From an uncultured Chloroflexia bacterium (GTDB lineage: Bacteria > Chloroflexota > Anaerolineae > Anaerolineales > Anaerolineaceae), in assembly GCA_963704755.1 (NCBI GenBank), contig OY969938.1:3060001-3092000 (forward strand): a stretch of 32,000 nt of DNA. The letters run 5' to 3'. Every line of letters starts with the position of its first letter. Within the stretch, counting starts at the first letter, position 1. The notes beneath the pieces were generated by a model. It was given only the letters and a program-made list of their open reading frames with translations. It was not told the DNA's origin and searched no databases. This document shows positions 31,369-32,000 of this stretch, piece after piece. The translations under genes were made by a program, and so were the position numbers.

Positions 31369-32000
31369 ATGTTAATCGAATTCCGGCTCAAGAATGTATT
31401 TTGTTTTAAAGACGAACAGGTCTTTTCGCTGGTAGCCACGAAAGATAAAAGCTTGACCGAAAACGTCATCTCTAAAGGTGGCGGCAATAAATTAAATTTG
31501 CTTCGCAGCGCTGTGGTTTATGGCGCCAATGCCTCAGGAAAAACCAAGTTAATTTGGGCTTTATACGGAATGGCGAAATTCGTCGCCGATTCTGCAACCC
31601 AGAAGGCCGATTACAATCCGTTTATTGCTCCGTTCATATTTGATCAGGAAACAGGCACATCCCCTTCTGAAATCGAAATCACCTTTGTTAACCAGGGAAT
31701 TCGCTATCAATACGGATTTTCCTTCGTCCGCGGAAAGGTGATCCAGGAATACCTGAATGCGGCACCCCGTGGTGTTACTGTGCCCTATTTTCAAAGAACT
31801 TTCGATGAAGCCGCCGAGAACAGCCAATACCAATTTGGGGCCTCATTTAAGAAGAACGATTATTTACCAAAGGCTACCAAAAACAACGCCTTGTTTTTAT
31901 CGATTGGCGGTGTTTTCGAACACCCCCAGCTTAAACCGGCTTTCGACTGGTTTCAAAAGTTGAATATTTTTCCCAGCCCCCATTACAACAATTGGGCCAC
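31369..32000 (+). CDS. P-loop ATPase, AAA_15/AAA_21 (ABC-like, COG1106-type); 5' partial, runs off the window
   Basis: My own translation; the ORF is absent from the track because it has no stop in the window. AGGAG (31358-31362) lies 6 nt before the ATG. MLIEFRLKNVFCFKDEQVFSLVATKDKSLTENVI...LLRSAVVYGANASGKTKLIWALYGMAKFV (Walker A), open for 210 codons to position 32000. Confidence 0.7.
   Translation, partial: MLIEFRLKNVFCFKDEQVFSLVATKDKSLTENVISKGGGNKLNLLRSAVVYGANASGKTKLIWALYGMAKFVADSATQKADYNPFIAPFIFDQETGTSPSEIEITFVNQGIRYQYGFSFVRGKVIQEYLNAAPRGVTVPYFQRTFDEAAENSQYQFGASFKKNDYLPKATKNNALFLSIGGVFEHPQLKPAFDWFQKLNIFPSPHYNNWA

Noticed and set aside
31561-31963. Track ORFs 31561..31833 (-) and 31757..31963 (+)
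   Set aside because: Both lie inside the longer uninterrupted + strand frame starting at 31369, which has an SD, a promoter and a Walker A motif.

Overview
Bacterial chromosomal segment with high G+C. Hand counts on sampled 60-nt lines gave 58-75% in most genes. It carries about 24 protein genes and unusually repeat-rich intergenic regions. I recognised no rRNA, tRNA, CRISPR array, integrase or transposase. Left to right: (1) two tandem paralogous membrane-anchored proteins, translationally coupled behind urocanate hydratase (hutU); (2) a 5.3-kb low-GC signalling island (40% in two sampled lines) with an SBP-fused PAS histidine kinase, a CheY-like receiver and a REC-GAF-GAF-HD-GYP gene broken by a 1-nt frameshift in an A7/T7 run; (3) endonuclease III, an asparaginase-II-family protein, a degenerate MBL-fold protein and a cytoplasmic GAF-PAS histidine kinase; (4) a 675-bp gene-free spacer full of GC-rich palindromic repeats plus a heptamer array; (5) MarR plus a heterodimeric ABC exporter whose second subunit is also frameshifted; (6) a TetR-controlled aldolase / class-III aminotransferase / MFS / FGGY-kinase cluster; (7) an ECF sigma / RskA-like anti-sigma / lipoprotein operon; (8) an orphan 325-aa protein and gntK-gnd; (9) after a second GC drop, the 5' part of a P-loop (AAA_15/21-like) ATPase that runs off the window. 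The most unusual signal is non-coding. Four near-identical 137-nt hairpin-rich modules (GTAG-headed palindrome, invariant 47-nt core, terminator-like hairpin with variable loop) form two tandem pairs that bracket the ECF sigma operon. A Chloroflexota-like origin is only a low-confidence guess from gene content and repeat style.
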